A stretch of 56,658 bases of DNA, counting the filler, from Asterionella formosa (taxonomy: Eukaryota): NCBI GenBank assembly GCA_002256025.1. It is 4 parts of 4 records of this genome, joined end to end, with 100 filler letters (N's around TTAATTAATTAA, not from the genome) between each part and the next. Parts side by side here need not be neighbours in the genome. Positions count along the whole stretch, not along the records: positions 1 to 14,136 come from NKIB01006191.1; 3 more parts are not named here. One strand, 5' to 3'. Shown one piece after another: positions 1-11,310 of this stretch. Below the pieces are notes generated by a model that worked only from the letters and a program-made list of their open reading frames with translations, did no database searches and had not been told where the DNA came from. Position numbers and translations under genes: made by a program. How positions within the stretch are numbered: position 1 is the first letter of the stretch; each line of letters starts with the position of its first letter.

Positions 1-220
1 TAAGAGAAAGATCCGAAACCTTTACTCCTGGAAGATCCACGGATAATTGAAATGAATTTGCTGTTTCAGCGACAGTGTGGTCTCGGAAAGCTGCAGCATT
101 ACTATGATGAAAAGGAGAGCAAGATTGTTCTGTCTGCTGACAAGCTCTGGCGGCATAGGCTCGAGCGAAAAAGTCATTCATGACGACTTGTTGGGGTTTA
201 TGGTAAGATATGATTGGCAT
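1..220 (-). CDS. Small heat-shock protein (HSP20/alpha-crystallin family), 5' part; runs off the window start
   Basis: Manual translation from ATG at 220: MPIISYHKPQQVVMNDFFARAYAARACQQ...DHTVAETANSFQLSVDLPGVKVSDLSL. 'ET..SFQLSVDLPGVK..DL' matches the start of an alpha-crystallin domain. No stop before the window edge. Confidence 0.8.
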   Translation of the reverse strand, partial: MPIISYHKPQQVVMNDFFARAYAARACQQTEQSCSPFHHSNAAAFRDHTVAETANSFQLSVDLPGVKVSDLSL

Positions 221-269
221 TTGGTTCTTTTGACTGTCGATACTTCGTTTCTGTTTACGAAATTGTGAG

Positions 270-470
270 CTGAGAACTTCAAGGCATTATTACCGGGGTG
301 TACTCTAGGAAGGTCTTCGAAGGTATCGAATTCCCCTTTTCCCATACACCAGTACATAATGAAGTATGATATCGGTTCAGAGCTTGTTTCTAGCCTGCGA
401 GCGGAAATAAATTGTTTGACAGAATTTCTAAGAATTTTGAGTGTTATCGAGCGAAACTCTTCGAAGCGCG
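270..470. promoter_or_regulatory. Cluster of heat-shock-element-like nGAAn/nTTCn units upstream of HSP20
   Basis: GAAggTCTtcGAA (309-321), GAAttTCTaaGAA (422-434) and GAAacTCTtcGAA (453-465), all within about 250 bp of the HSP20 start. Confidence 0.45.
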
Positions 471-2153
471 ACGATCCTTGCTACTAATTTAGTGCTCACG
501 GATGTCGCGAAATGAGGTACATGGTACCTGTTACAAATATATTTTTGGTTGCCCGAAAGACCGGAAACTGCTAACGATAAATCTCATGTGTTGTCAAAAT
601 GGAGATGACGATCGCCATTTTCGTCCTAGATAATAGTAATTCATTATCCCCTTTTTCGGATAGCTATGCTCAATCATATCATTGCTTAGCTCTAGAGTGT
701 GAGCTACTATTGTAATGAATGATACCTAGTGAAATCCATAATTTCATATATTTTGCCCAAAGACTCGATTCGGTTGAGTCAAAGGACGAGAAAACTACTA
801 CAGCCATAGGGAAATGTGTATGCAAAAATATATATAAAATAGTTTAAATAAGATAAACTTTGCTTTGCTGTACTGTTACCGACATTACGGTAGTCTTGTC
901 TACTGGTACTGGCAATGCAATGGTTTCATGATGGCTCATTTGCTATTGCTGGTACCTGGTAGGTACATAAAGTCTATTCACTCATCAGCATGCTCTGAAG
1001 GCATCCCGGTATAAATACCTGTTATGGTACAGGGTACGGGTACCTGATATAGAGAATGAAGTCAATGAACCATCACAGTTTATACTAACATATTGGTATG
1101 TTGTAGACTATAATACCAGTATACTCCTTCAGCCATGTTTGTTTCCAATACTTCTGTTAATAATTATAACTCTATGATAGGAATGGATCCCTTCCTGTCA
1201 CCCAGTAATGGAGTGAATTAGCAAGGGCCTGTTTCACTTAGTTTCAGAAACTCCTGGATTCTTTTCTATCCACCATAGCTGCTCATCTACCTTAAGGGAA
1301 ACCTTAAGAGTGCACTAATAGGCCTGTCAATCCCCAACTCAGCATTCCTAGCAAGCAACTCCACAACCAGATTCTCCATGTGATTTGGATTTGTCACTTT
1401 CTTCGTCGCATCAATGAAGTGACCCATGGCAGCCAGTGATTAGTGCACCACCTCTAAGCCCACCAGTCTCACTGTGAATTTGAATAGAATTTTTTGGTTT
1501 TATAAGCAACATGTTGTACTCAAACAGTTCCAAATTTTCATTCTGAATATCCTCAAACTTCTTATGTCAAGAAAGCAATCATCGAATCAGCCATGTTTGC
1601 TCATGATAAAACTCTGAATTGCATTTCTCCTGTTTAGACATTTCTTATTTAAGTAATAATATTGCTGTGTTGAATGTAGTCTTTGCCCTCTATCATCCTA
1701 TGTATTGGTTAAGTGATTTTGTACCTGCCTCATCCTTGCTGTCACTTGCATTGCCATAATTGCTAACAACATTATGTTGCAATTGCAAGAATGACAAGAC
1801 AACACCATACTGTGCATATTTACCTTCTTGTTTTAATAAATAAACTCATTTATTAATCGCTTTAAACTACTCTACTGCTAGTAGGGGAGCTTGCGTAGCG
1901 CTTCCTGGCGTTACCAGCCCTGGTTTTCTGGAAGACGAACCATGCCGATATCAGGAGCCCAACAGCCATTGTGACTTTCGGCGCTGGAACGCAGGGAAAA
2001 GGGTGGATACACTCCCTCGAGGGGAAGTTGGAAAATTTTGCTTTCTTGATGACAGTGTTTCTTTGGTGCTGTCATATTAATCAGTCTCCCGTCGTCTTTG
2101 ACGAACCAGGAAGAAATTGAATAACTTAGTTAGAACTTCATGTAAGCTGCATA

Positions 2154-2700
2154 TTACATCTAAGCCGCGTATTATGTGAAGCGACCTTCACATAAATAAG
2201 CCTAGTTGATTTTGAATGGCTCACATGAAGTAGTTGAATAAATCAACATGCTTATTTGAATATATATATATGTTATCTGAATACATCACCTTAATTATTT
2301 GATCAGAGTTTCATGCATGCATTCCTGATCATCACTTTATTACATCTAAGCCGCGTATTACGTAAGTGACCTTCACCTAAATAAATCTACCGGTAGTTGA
2401 TTTTGAATCACATGAATGAGTTGAATACATCAAAATGCTTACTTGAATATCTATATATTATCTGAATACATCACGTTAATTATTTGATCAGAGTATCATG
2501 CATGCATTCCTGATCATCACTATATTACGTGATCACCTTCTCGTAATTATTTAAAAATTTAAAACTCTTCACGTAATTATTTGAAATACTTCAATTAATT
2601 CTGTAATTTAGTTCACATCGCCTTATAATTTTGTTCACGTAATTCTATAATATAGTTCACATAATTTTTTAAATTTGTTCACGTAGTTTAAAGTAATATC
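2154..2700. repeat. Dispersed repeat: two tandem ~186-bp units followed by a degenerate TTCAC(G/A)TAATT array
   Basis: Units start 'ttacatctaagccgcgtatta' at 2154 and 2340; a homologous copy lies at 40695-41060. Confidence 0.85.
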
Positions 2701-4361
2701 AAATAATGTTGATAACAAATTCAACTACCTGTATTTCACATTACATGGGAAAAAAATCTCGATATGCAATCAAACAAAGCTGTTCTATTCGAATGGCACC
2801 TTCAGTCTTGAGAAGGCAGGCATTATGAGACGTCGGTAAGGACAGCATTGCAAGACGAAGAGAAGCCGTTCATCCAGAAGGGGAATTTATTCACTCTTGA
2901 ACAGGCATCATTGTACAAAGTTGCAACATGAATGCATCACACACTGGCTTCCTTCTTGTCCTTGAAATGACTTGCTTCTTCATTGACCTGCAAAGATTTA
3001 CATAACAACAGTGTGTCAGTAATTCATATGATAGAACTAGCAACAGCAGAAAGCAACACACAGATGTGGTAGTATTCAACTGTTTCTTAGGGAAGTCGAA
3101 TTGAAACAACAAACCGGCATCAACCAGACAGCACCACAACTCACCGATGCGTTCAAAAGAATGCTCCTGTTGTGAAATGTTCGGCAAAAATGAAAAATAA
3201 ATGTAGAGAAAAATAATAGAACCATAGTAGTACAGTTACCTAGTACCGGTAGTACAAGGTTATCCCTGTCTTGGGCTTTCTTCATTTCCCAATACAAGGT
3301 CATAACTTCCAATTCAAGGTGTATTGGGTTTTGTCTCTACTATGTCATGTACCAATACAAGGTGACAATATTTTTCAATTCAAGATTTCCGCTGTATTGG
3401 GCCTTACATGCGAAATGGCGATGCAAGTTGTCCGAATTTTTGAAGGCTTTGTTGTTGTATTTTTCTTGCATGCTATTTCTCAACCATGCTCTTGCTTCTG
3501 TCGACGTTTCCAGAGTGTATCACTGTAAACATATTTCTCAGTGCTCCAATATGCTTTGCCTGGTAAAGGATTGGTGAATTGCGATGAAGGCAAATCTGGG
3601 GCTCAAGAACCACGCACAAAGGATGATTCTAACATTGTCAGAAATTCGATATTGCTGTTAAATTCTATAATATGTTTGTTTCTTGTTAAAATAGCAAAAT
3701 AAACTTGAAGAGTTGAAAAGGAATATATTAATATACCAACTTGAACTACTTATTTGCAGCTAGGTTTTTCTTGTTTGCATCACGTGACTTCTGGTTTGAA
3801 GTTGTCTGTGAATACAATTTCCGTTGGATCTAACGTTTTACTCAGCATATGATGAAATTTTTTTTATGAAGCTAAATTTTTATTCTATCGAAAATAATTT
3901 TGATACATTAATAATTGATTCTGTTTGATCAATCAAATTTTTATCTCAGGTTATGGTTTTACACATATGACGTTATGCATATGTAAAAATTAATCGAACG
4001 TATGTACCAAAAGTTATTGATTTTGCAAATTTGCTGTTTCATCGGAAATTATTTTGATATATCAACATCATTTTCTGTTCGATCAATAGAATCTATATCT
4101 GGTGATGACAACATTACACGTACCAACTCACACGTTTTTTTGTACTCTGTAGAGTACCGGTAGTACCAGATGACTTGCCATTCCGACTTGATCACTTGCG
4201 TTGATGCACTTAATGTACAGGTACTCCTCTCTCCTCTTTCCTTTCTCATATCGGCAATCGAAATTTTACCTTTTGACTAAGCCAGGTGTGCTCGTCGAGT
4301 CCCTCACGAGCTGCCTTCCCACGGAGAAGATGAAGATCTTAGTAGTCTTGTAACGAATGAT

Positions 4362-4772
4362 ATGGTTTCGATACTGAAAGGGAAGTATGCCGGCGAAGTT
4401 GGATTGTTTGTTTGTTACACAAAAGCCAAAGCTTTGGTCAATTTATACAACAGAATTGGAGTAAAATCCATTGAAGCTCATGCCCGCCTACCATCCGAAA
4501 TCAAGAAGATAATTCCTTTTGCTCATAGTTCGCCCACTGCAGACGTAGGTTCATATTTCGGATCATTTCTTCAAGACAAGGCGTGGATCAGAGTGAAGAT
4601 AGACCAGATGGTGGCACAGTTTGTTGCTCATGGTCTTAATCATGAGACATCAATTCTTATTGACTATTGGAGAGAACGTTTATATGCTGCCAACTTGGGG
4701 CAACTTGGAGCGCACAGACATCACAAATCTAGAAACAGCTGCATCTCTTCTACAGAATTAATCAAGATATAG
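4362..4772 (+). CDS. Hypothetical protein with a KOW-like N-terminus, probably transposon-associated
   Basis: VSILKGKYAGEVG resembles a KOW motif; lies next to decayed transposon ORFs. Confidence 0.35.
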   Translation: MVSILKGKYAGEVGLFVCYTKAKALVNLYNRIGVKSIEAHARLPSEIKKIIPFAHSSPTADVGSYFGSFLQDKAWIRVKIDQMVAQFVAHGLNHETSILIDYWRERLYAANLGQLGAHRHHKSRNSCISSTELIKI

Positions 4773-5084
4773 CAACTCAACTTGAATCATGAATAGAAGT
4801 GGGTTCGAAATGACAATCACACCATTATTAGTTATGTACTATCCCATTGTTTTAATAATTCTTGTTACTACTGCCAAGATTTGCAATAGGACCTGCTAAA
4901 GTTTATGTCATGACTTCATTGCCATACCGGTATGCATTTACACTATTATTTTATATACTAAATATATACTAGTGTATTCCGTCTCACACATTTTTTCCGG
5001 CATGTATTATATGTATAAAATATTAGAATATCGAATACCTGGTACCGGTTCCTGGTAGCACCTCTAATTGTTCAATATCGAGCA

Positions 5085-7249
5085 ATGGCACACAGCAGCA
5101 ACAGTAGTCAAGATGACTCCAATGGTGTTGATGAAGTGCTCCGACATTGGGAAGTTTATAAAGATCCCTGTACATTTACCAATGTTGTTAGTACCGGTAT
5201 TGATACAGAGGAAAAGAGGAATAAGATTCTTGGCACTATTTCGGCCACATTTGAAAAGCATCGTCAAAATTGGGAAGCATTTTTCCCAAGAACCAGCCGA
5301 TGGAATTAGTCATTCCAAGTAGAGAACATCGACGTTGTGTGTTCTCTGTGTCTAAATCTACACAGTTGATTGACAACGAGATAGTTGGAAATGAAGATCG
5401 TCAGGTTTGTGTGGTAGATCTTGTTTCTATCTCCACAGAGTCTATTGATTCCGATTTGCTTGATATTAAGCTATCATCCCGTTCCAAAGCAAAAGGTACA
5501 CTAAAGGAAATTCCAGAAATCATTATTACAAATCTGGAGATAATTCACGGTAGCTACTTTCCAAAGAATTCCAAAATTGTTGGGGTGGCTGATAGGAAAG
5601 TAATTGAACAGGTCGAGGCTTCAAACTTTTTTTCTAGTTAGGATATGGATAAATTGAAATGTTTCGACGAAGGAATTCATAAATATTTACATGAAAGAGC
5701 GACAAGAAACAAAGAAACACATGTGCAGGGAAAGGTTAATGTTGCTGTTTCCACATATGTTGTGGAATTGGAACAGTTCAATGATCGCCTTTATGGTGTT
5801 TCACCATTGTTTTGTTGGGTGGAATCCATGTCCTGTCCATTCTGCGTGACTTGCCATGTATTTGATTCAGCCTTCCGTTTCCCACTTCCATTGGGTTTGG
5901 AGTCACTTAAACTCTACTACAATACATACTCCCACACTCCATCAGAAGTACGTTAGTTTTGCAAGAATGAATATTTCCTGAAATTGACAAGAAAACAGTA
6001 TAGGGAACATTATGAAGAACTGGACAATTGTGCTTATTGGGATATTGAAATTGTGACCGCAATAGTGAAGTACATTGTTCATGAACTGGACCCCTCAAAT
6101 ATTCATGTCATTGTTGAATCTCAAGACTTAAAGGACTGGAATACTGAGCGAACATCCTTATCCATCTGACTGTTACTACCTCCAACCCTCCCTTGAATTC
6201 CTCATTTTGTGGTTTATTTACAAACAAGTCATCATCAACATTATGTTCTATATTGTTTTGATCTAAATGAAGGCATAGTTGAAGTATGTGATCCTGAACA
6301 TGGAGTGTGTTTGGAAAGTCATTTGAAATGCACCATTCACGAGATTGCACGTAAATACCGACTTTGCCCAAGGTTTGATATCGATAAAAAAATTATACCA
6401 TCAAAAAATGTGGTCAAGTTGAAAACAGAGTTCGAGAAATGGAAATCAGGCAGGAAGAAAGCTAAATCACTTCATCGCAAAAGATTTTTGAAAATATTGG
6501 GTGAAAAACCAAGGATCGGAGGTTATACTGATGGCGAACCTCAGTTTAAGATTGCCAGTGGATGTTGAGGTAAAGAGCACCTGACATGTTTTATGGCCAA
6601 AGATACTGATTTAATGATTTTCCAACCAACCGAGGATGGTAAATGGTCATGTGGTCCCTTTAAGATTTTGAAGTTTATGGAATTATTACTTCAGTTACAT
6701 CATAGTAGAGAAACGGTGTTTATGGGGAAGCGAAGTGAGGCTCGGTTAATGCTTGATGGTTGGGATACATTTTTGAGAATGAAATTTAATGCAAGTGATG
6801 GAATTGGATGGTCATATCCTGACAATACCACAGATTTCGGAATTGAAGATGCGGTTATGGAATATGTTTTGAAAAAAATTGTGGGTTCTTGTGTTGATAA
6901 AGTTGCAGCAATGGAGTTCAATCCTAATTTTGAGTTATCTCCGACGTTAAGTGATACCGAACTGACATATCTTAATGAAATGATTAAACATCCTGTAAAA
7001 TCATTACATTGGCATGATAATGAAGAAACCAGGAAATTTGACAAAGAATTCGAACATGATGCTTTGGTTATTGCTGAGGCCATGCAGAGAGTGAGCCGTC
7101 ATTCTGTCCTTCTGGATGGCGTCCAACATGATAGAGTTTACAACAATTTTAAGAAATTTTGGAAATCTTAGGAAGAATCAGCAGATGATGACAGTTCATA
7201 TTCATCATCAGGCACTCGAAAAAAGAGAACATACATAAGTCATACATAA
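5085..7249 (+). pseudogene. Decayed Ulp1-like (peptidase C48) cysteine protease ORF of a transposon
   Basis: ORFs 5270, 5645, 5984, 6209 and 6593 share one frame broken by six TAG/TGA stops, with one frameshift near 5300. Ordered catalytic motifs: HYVLYCFD(H), EVCDP(D), FQPTEDGKWSCG(Q,C). Confidence 0.65.
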
Positions 7250-7259
7250 GTATCTAATG

Positions 7260-8730
7260 AATTCGTGACAAACTAGTATGCACATGTTGAGCGGAGTATT
7301 TTCTAAATTTAAGTGAAGCAAAATAATATCGTTACTTTGCCTCTGTACTTAAATGAATATCCCAACCAATCAATTTCCATTGATCTCGTGGTGGTAATGC
7401 TATATAATAATCAGTGTTTTCCATGGCTGATATGGTTTCTCTTGAACTCATACATTTTCTGTTTGTACCTGGCGGTAAAGCAGGGACTACAAACGCTGTG
7501 GAAAGTATGTTGTTATGCTCAACAACTCTTAAACCAGTATTCTCATCGCAAATATAATCTCCTTTAGCAAAAAACATGAGATCATGGGCTGTCATGTTAT
7601 TGGTGCTTCTCAACGAACAAACAGATGCCAGGATTGATTTGGTTCCATCCGAGTAAATGACGTTCCCCATAAAAGTAGTTTTGCTGGTACAGTCGTGTAG
7701 TAATTACCATTCCGACTTTCCCAATTCACCTCAATCCAATCAAACCAGGAATTAGTTTCTTGATGATTGCTATTATCCTTTTCGTTTCAAATTGGATTAC
7801 ATCTTAAAAATGTTTTCACTGTCATCTTTGGAAACAATAGTAACATGGTAATAGAAATCGATCCTGAGCAGTACCTCTACAGACATAGTTCCAATAGAAT
7901 TTTTGTCATTACAGAGCTGAACGGCAGAGTTTACAAGGTTCTTAACCGCTGCTTTCCCGTAGTCGTTGTGTGGTTGGAAGAGGCAGAATTAGACTGTCCC
8001 ATCTGATCGTTTTCGTTCTTTTCTTGATTGTTTATTCCTTCCGGAAATGTACCAAATTCCACAGTCATCTTTTTCTGCCGAGAATTGAATTTTTTGGGGT
8101 TTCATAAGAATGCATGGATGTCTTATGAGTGGGTATATCGGTTGAATCAATATCATCAAGATCAGATTCATCAGATTTTGATTCATCAGATTTTGATGCA
8201 TCAGTATTTGATGATGTATCAGTATTTTCATCCTTTACCAACAGGGACATAACGTAATCACTGGGGAAGAGAACTTTCCTGGCAATTGAATATTGTCTTC
8301 CTTCATAACTCCTCAATAATACATCGTGTTGTAGACAGTGTGTATGACCATTTACTCTTTTATTTGGACGTTTCAATTTTTCTTTCAAAACTGATTCTAC
8401 GAAACCACCGAAGAAGTTGATAGGTGTTCCAAATTTTTTAATCAAATGAGGGTAATGAATCATTCCATGGAACTTGGGTATACGGTATGCGACAGAAGAA
8501 AACAGTTCACGTTGTTCTCCAGTTACTGTTTTTGTCACAGCAAGATATCTTCGAATTCGTTTGTCTAGGATTTCTATTCACTCTTCAGTGTATTGTCCCA
8601 TATTCAGATTGTCATTCAATGAAATACTTAACCATAATAATGTTGTAAACAAGTCTGACTCAAATTTTTGAAATTTGGGACCCATCATGCCAGCACCCAT
8701 GGCGAAGATTGTTAATAGACTTATAGACAT
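7260..8730 (-). pseudogene. Plavaka-like (CMC/CACTA-related) transposase, C-terminal half, decayed and 5'-truncated
   Basis: YRIPKFHGMIHYPHLIKKFGTPINFFGGFVESVLKEKLKRP, and downstream RCNP...SWFDWIEVNW...VPAKLL; several stops and frameshifts. Confidence 0.7.
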
Positions 8731-9429
8731 TCATAGATGAAAAAAAAACATAAATTTTGAAGAATTTGGAAATTTTGATAAATGATTGCGAAATTGAAGT
8801 ACCTCTTATTTCACAAAACCTGATGATGAAGTAAAGATCGACAGCCTCCTATCGAACTGACCTGAAAGCTCAGGAGAGAATGAGGATTGATACCCTGTTG
8901 CGTCACCTGTCACCTATCAATCAACCATGAAAGGAGATGTTAGTTATATGTTCTTTATCTGTTCATCTATCATTAATGATCGATGAGCATCAATAATATC
9001 TCTTGTCCCTACCTGCAGATGCGAGAATGAGGATTGATACCCGATCACTTATCAATCAAGCATGATGGGCGATGTAAGTTATATGCCCTTTACCTTTTCA
9101 TCTACCATTAATGATAGATGTCTACTACAAGGAATTCGACATTAATAATATCTCTTGTCCCTACCTGCAGATGCAAGAATGAGGATTGATACCCAATCAC
9201 TTATCAATCAAGCATGATGAGCGATGTAAGTTAAATGCTCTTTACCTGTTCATCTATCATTAGGGCCGATCTTAACAGAGATACAAATTGTTTTTTGTTG
9301 TATCTTCAAAAAAAAGAATCTTTACAGAGATACATTTCACAAATATATCTCTGTAACGGTAAAACAGTTAGCCGTTTTCTTTATGTCTCTGCAAACATGT
9401 GCATCAGACACAACAAAAAATTTGCAATG

Positions 9430-9762
9430 TGAGCTTCAATTATTCAAGGTGTCTGACCATTATCATTGCTGCAACGACAACGACAAATCGACTGGAAGAA
9501 CCTGACAGTTGGGATGTCATTGACAGTCTTGATAAAGAAGCGGAACAACAGAGCTTTTCGTTAATTGCAGCAGTTACATTATCATTTTTGGAGTCCTATC
9601 AACGAAACTCAAAGCCAGTGCGAATTCCAAAATGGGAGCATCAATGAATTGACTGGAATGAGCAAGTCATAAAGCTTCTTCATGACAATATATTTCATCG
9701 TGAATATCGCGTGTCCCTTGAAGCTTTCAATCAACTTCTGGAACTACTTCGACCTTCCATCA
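9430..9762 (+). pseudogene. Harbinger DDE transposase N-terminal remnant
   Basis: [44 protein letters not shown] matches the 'F...YRMS...F..L...L' N-terminus of Harbinger transposases; truncated before the DDE core. Confidence 0.7.
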
Positions 9763-9764
9763 AA

Positions 9765-10015
9765 TCATTTGTGGACGAGAAATTTTGTCGGGGGCTCAGC
9801 GTGTTCATGACCCAGACTTGTTGGACGAACGGGCCAAAGCATGGGGAATCGATGTATCGATGATTCAGGATTATGTGAACTCGTTCCGTAATGGTGCTCT
9901 TCCCCATGGTGGCGGAGGTATTGGACTCGAGCGTGTCGTTATGCTATTTTTAGGGCGGGCTGCCCAACATTCGAAAGGCAGCCTGGTTCCCTCATGACCC
10001 CAAGCGTCTGCATGC
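9765..10015 (+). pseudogene. Captured 3' fragment of cytosolic aspartyl-tRNA synthetase
   Basis: [13 protein letters not shown]...[18 protein letters not shown], then a gggc duplication frameshift to [17 protein letters not shown] (class IIb motif 3). Confidence 0.9.
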
Positions 10016-10088
10016 AGCCGTTGTCAGAAATGATTCGACAAATATAATGACATTTTTTACCTTACTGAGACTTTTAATTATAGAGTTT

Positions 10089-10650
10089 TCACCGATAGGC
10101 TTGATGCTGCGGTTGCAAATCAATAACCATAATCGTCATGTTATCTCCGCCAATACCTTGGGTAAATCGAGGATCTTCACTAATGATTTCATCTAGCATC
10201 TCAATTCCAATCTCTACTGGCGTCTTGGTGTCAATTCGCTCTCTCACGTATTTTACCGCCTGTTCGTTAGTGAGCCAATCCCAAATACCATCACAACCCA
10301 AAATAATGAATTCGTCATTTGGATGCAGAATCTCCTGAACAATATTGGGTTTCGCTGTAATCATTTGTCCTGCTGGGGGAGTTCCAGGAACTTGTTTATA
10401 TTTCAGATCACCAATGGATCAAGAAAGGTTCAAGTTTCCATTTACACGCCCGAATTGGTTTACAAATCGACCAGCCTTGTGAATTCTATCCATTTCTCGA
10501 TCTTGCTGTGGTTTGTGGTCGAAACTTAATGCTTCCATCTTTCCACCCGACCTACAAAGGACTGCTCGGGAATCCCCAGCATTCGCAACAGTTAGTGTAC
10601 ATCCAATGATAACCGCCACGATCGCTGTACAGCCGGCATGAATTTGGGAG
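10089..10650 (-). pseudogene. Captured 3' fragment of a PP2C (PPM) protein phosphatase
   Basis: HAGCTAIVAV...ANAGDSRAVL...DHKP...RVNGNLNLS*SIGDLKYK...ILGCDGIWD...GGDNMT; one stop at a probable CGA>TGA; N-terminal half absent. Confidence 0.9.
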
Positions 10651-11310
10651 CAGTTGCAGCATTTCTTTTCCTCTGATTCTTGGGAGGTCGTCCCTGTTTC
10701 TTAATAATCTGGTTGGATATTTTAGAATCGTCATCCAATAAAATATCAGCAGGAACTGGAGATGGAAATGCATACAATTGGGACGGAGATAATTCGGAAT
10801 CTGTACTTGAATCATTGGCAATATCTTCTCTGGTAGTAGAAAGTTGCTTTGATAGTATTAGGCAAGGAGACTTCCTTGTTGATGATTTAGGAGTAAAGGG
10901 AGAGCCTTTTCTTTTCAGATACTTCTTTAGGCGACGAGACAACCTTGTTGATGATTCAAGAGTAAAGGGAGCTCCGTTTATTTTCAGGTCCTTCTTTGGT
11001 TCTTTTGATGACTTTTTGTTGTACCCCAATATGTCTCAAAGATCAAGAGTCTTTAACCAATTCTTAATGAGTGTAATCATTATCATCTCTGTTTTGTTTC
11101 TGTATCCGGCGATTTTAAAGTGAACGCAAATATGACGAAGTTGTTGTAGCGATATCTGTTGAATGGCTGAGCATGTCTTTTATTGTTGTCTAAGACCCTT
11201 CGTGGTCAATGAAAAAATCAGAAGGAGGAGTGATACATGCATCCCACTGGTCATCCTGTCTCCTTGCTGCAGAGTAAGTTTCATTGTTCAAAGATTCAAA
11301 TGATGCCATT
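10650..11310 (-). pseudogene. Remnant of the Harbinger second (DNA-binding) ORF
   Basis: Decayed frame QQLRHICVHFKIAGYRNK...; basic repeats and an AT-hook-like KQGRPPK; inside the TIRs and convergent with the transposase. Confidence 0.45.

Noticed and set aside
77..268. 63-aa plus-strand ORF
   Set aside because: Antisense shadow of the HSP20 gene
5270..7249. Stop-codon reassignment or selenoprotein readthrough in the Ulp1-like ORF
   Set aside because: Mixed TAG and TGA stops plus a frameshift; host genes in the window use TAA, TAG and TGA as normal stops
8876..9262. Regular repeats as a possible CRISPR array
   Set aside because: Whole ~150-bp units are homologous with no unique spacers; eukaryotic context and no cas genes
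9785..10619. Functional AspRS and PP2C genes
   Set aside because: Only 3' fragments with a frameshift or stop, lying inside transposon TIRs
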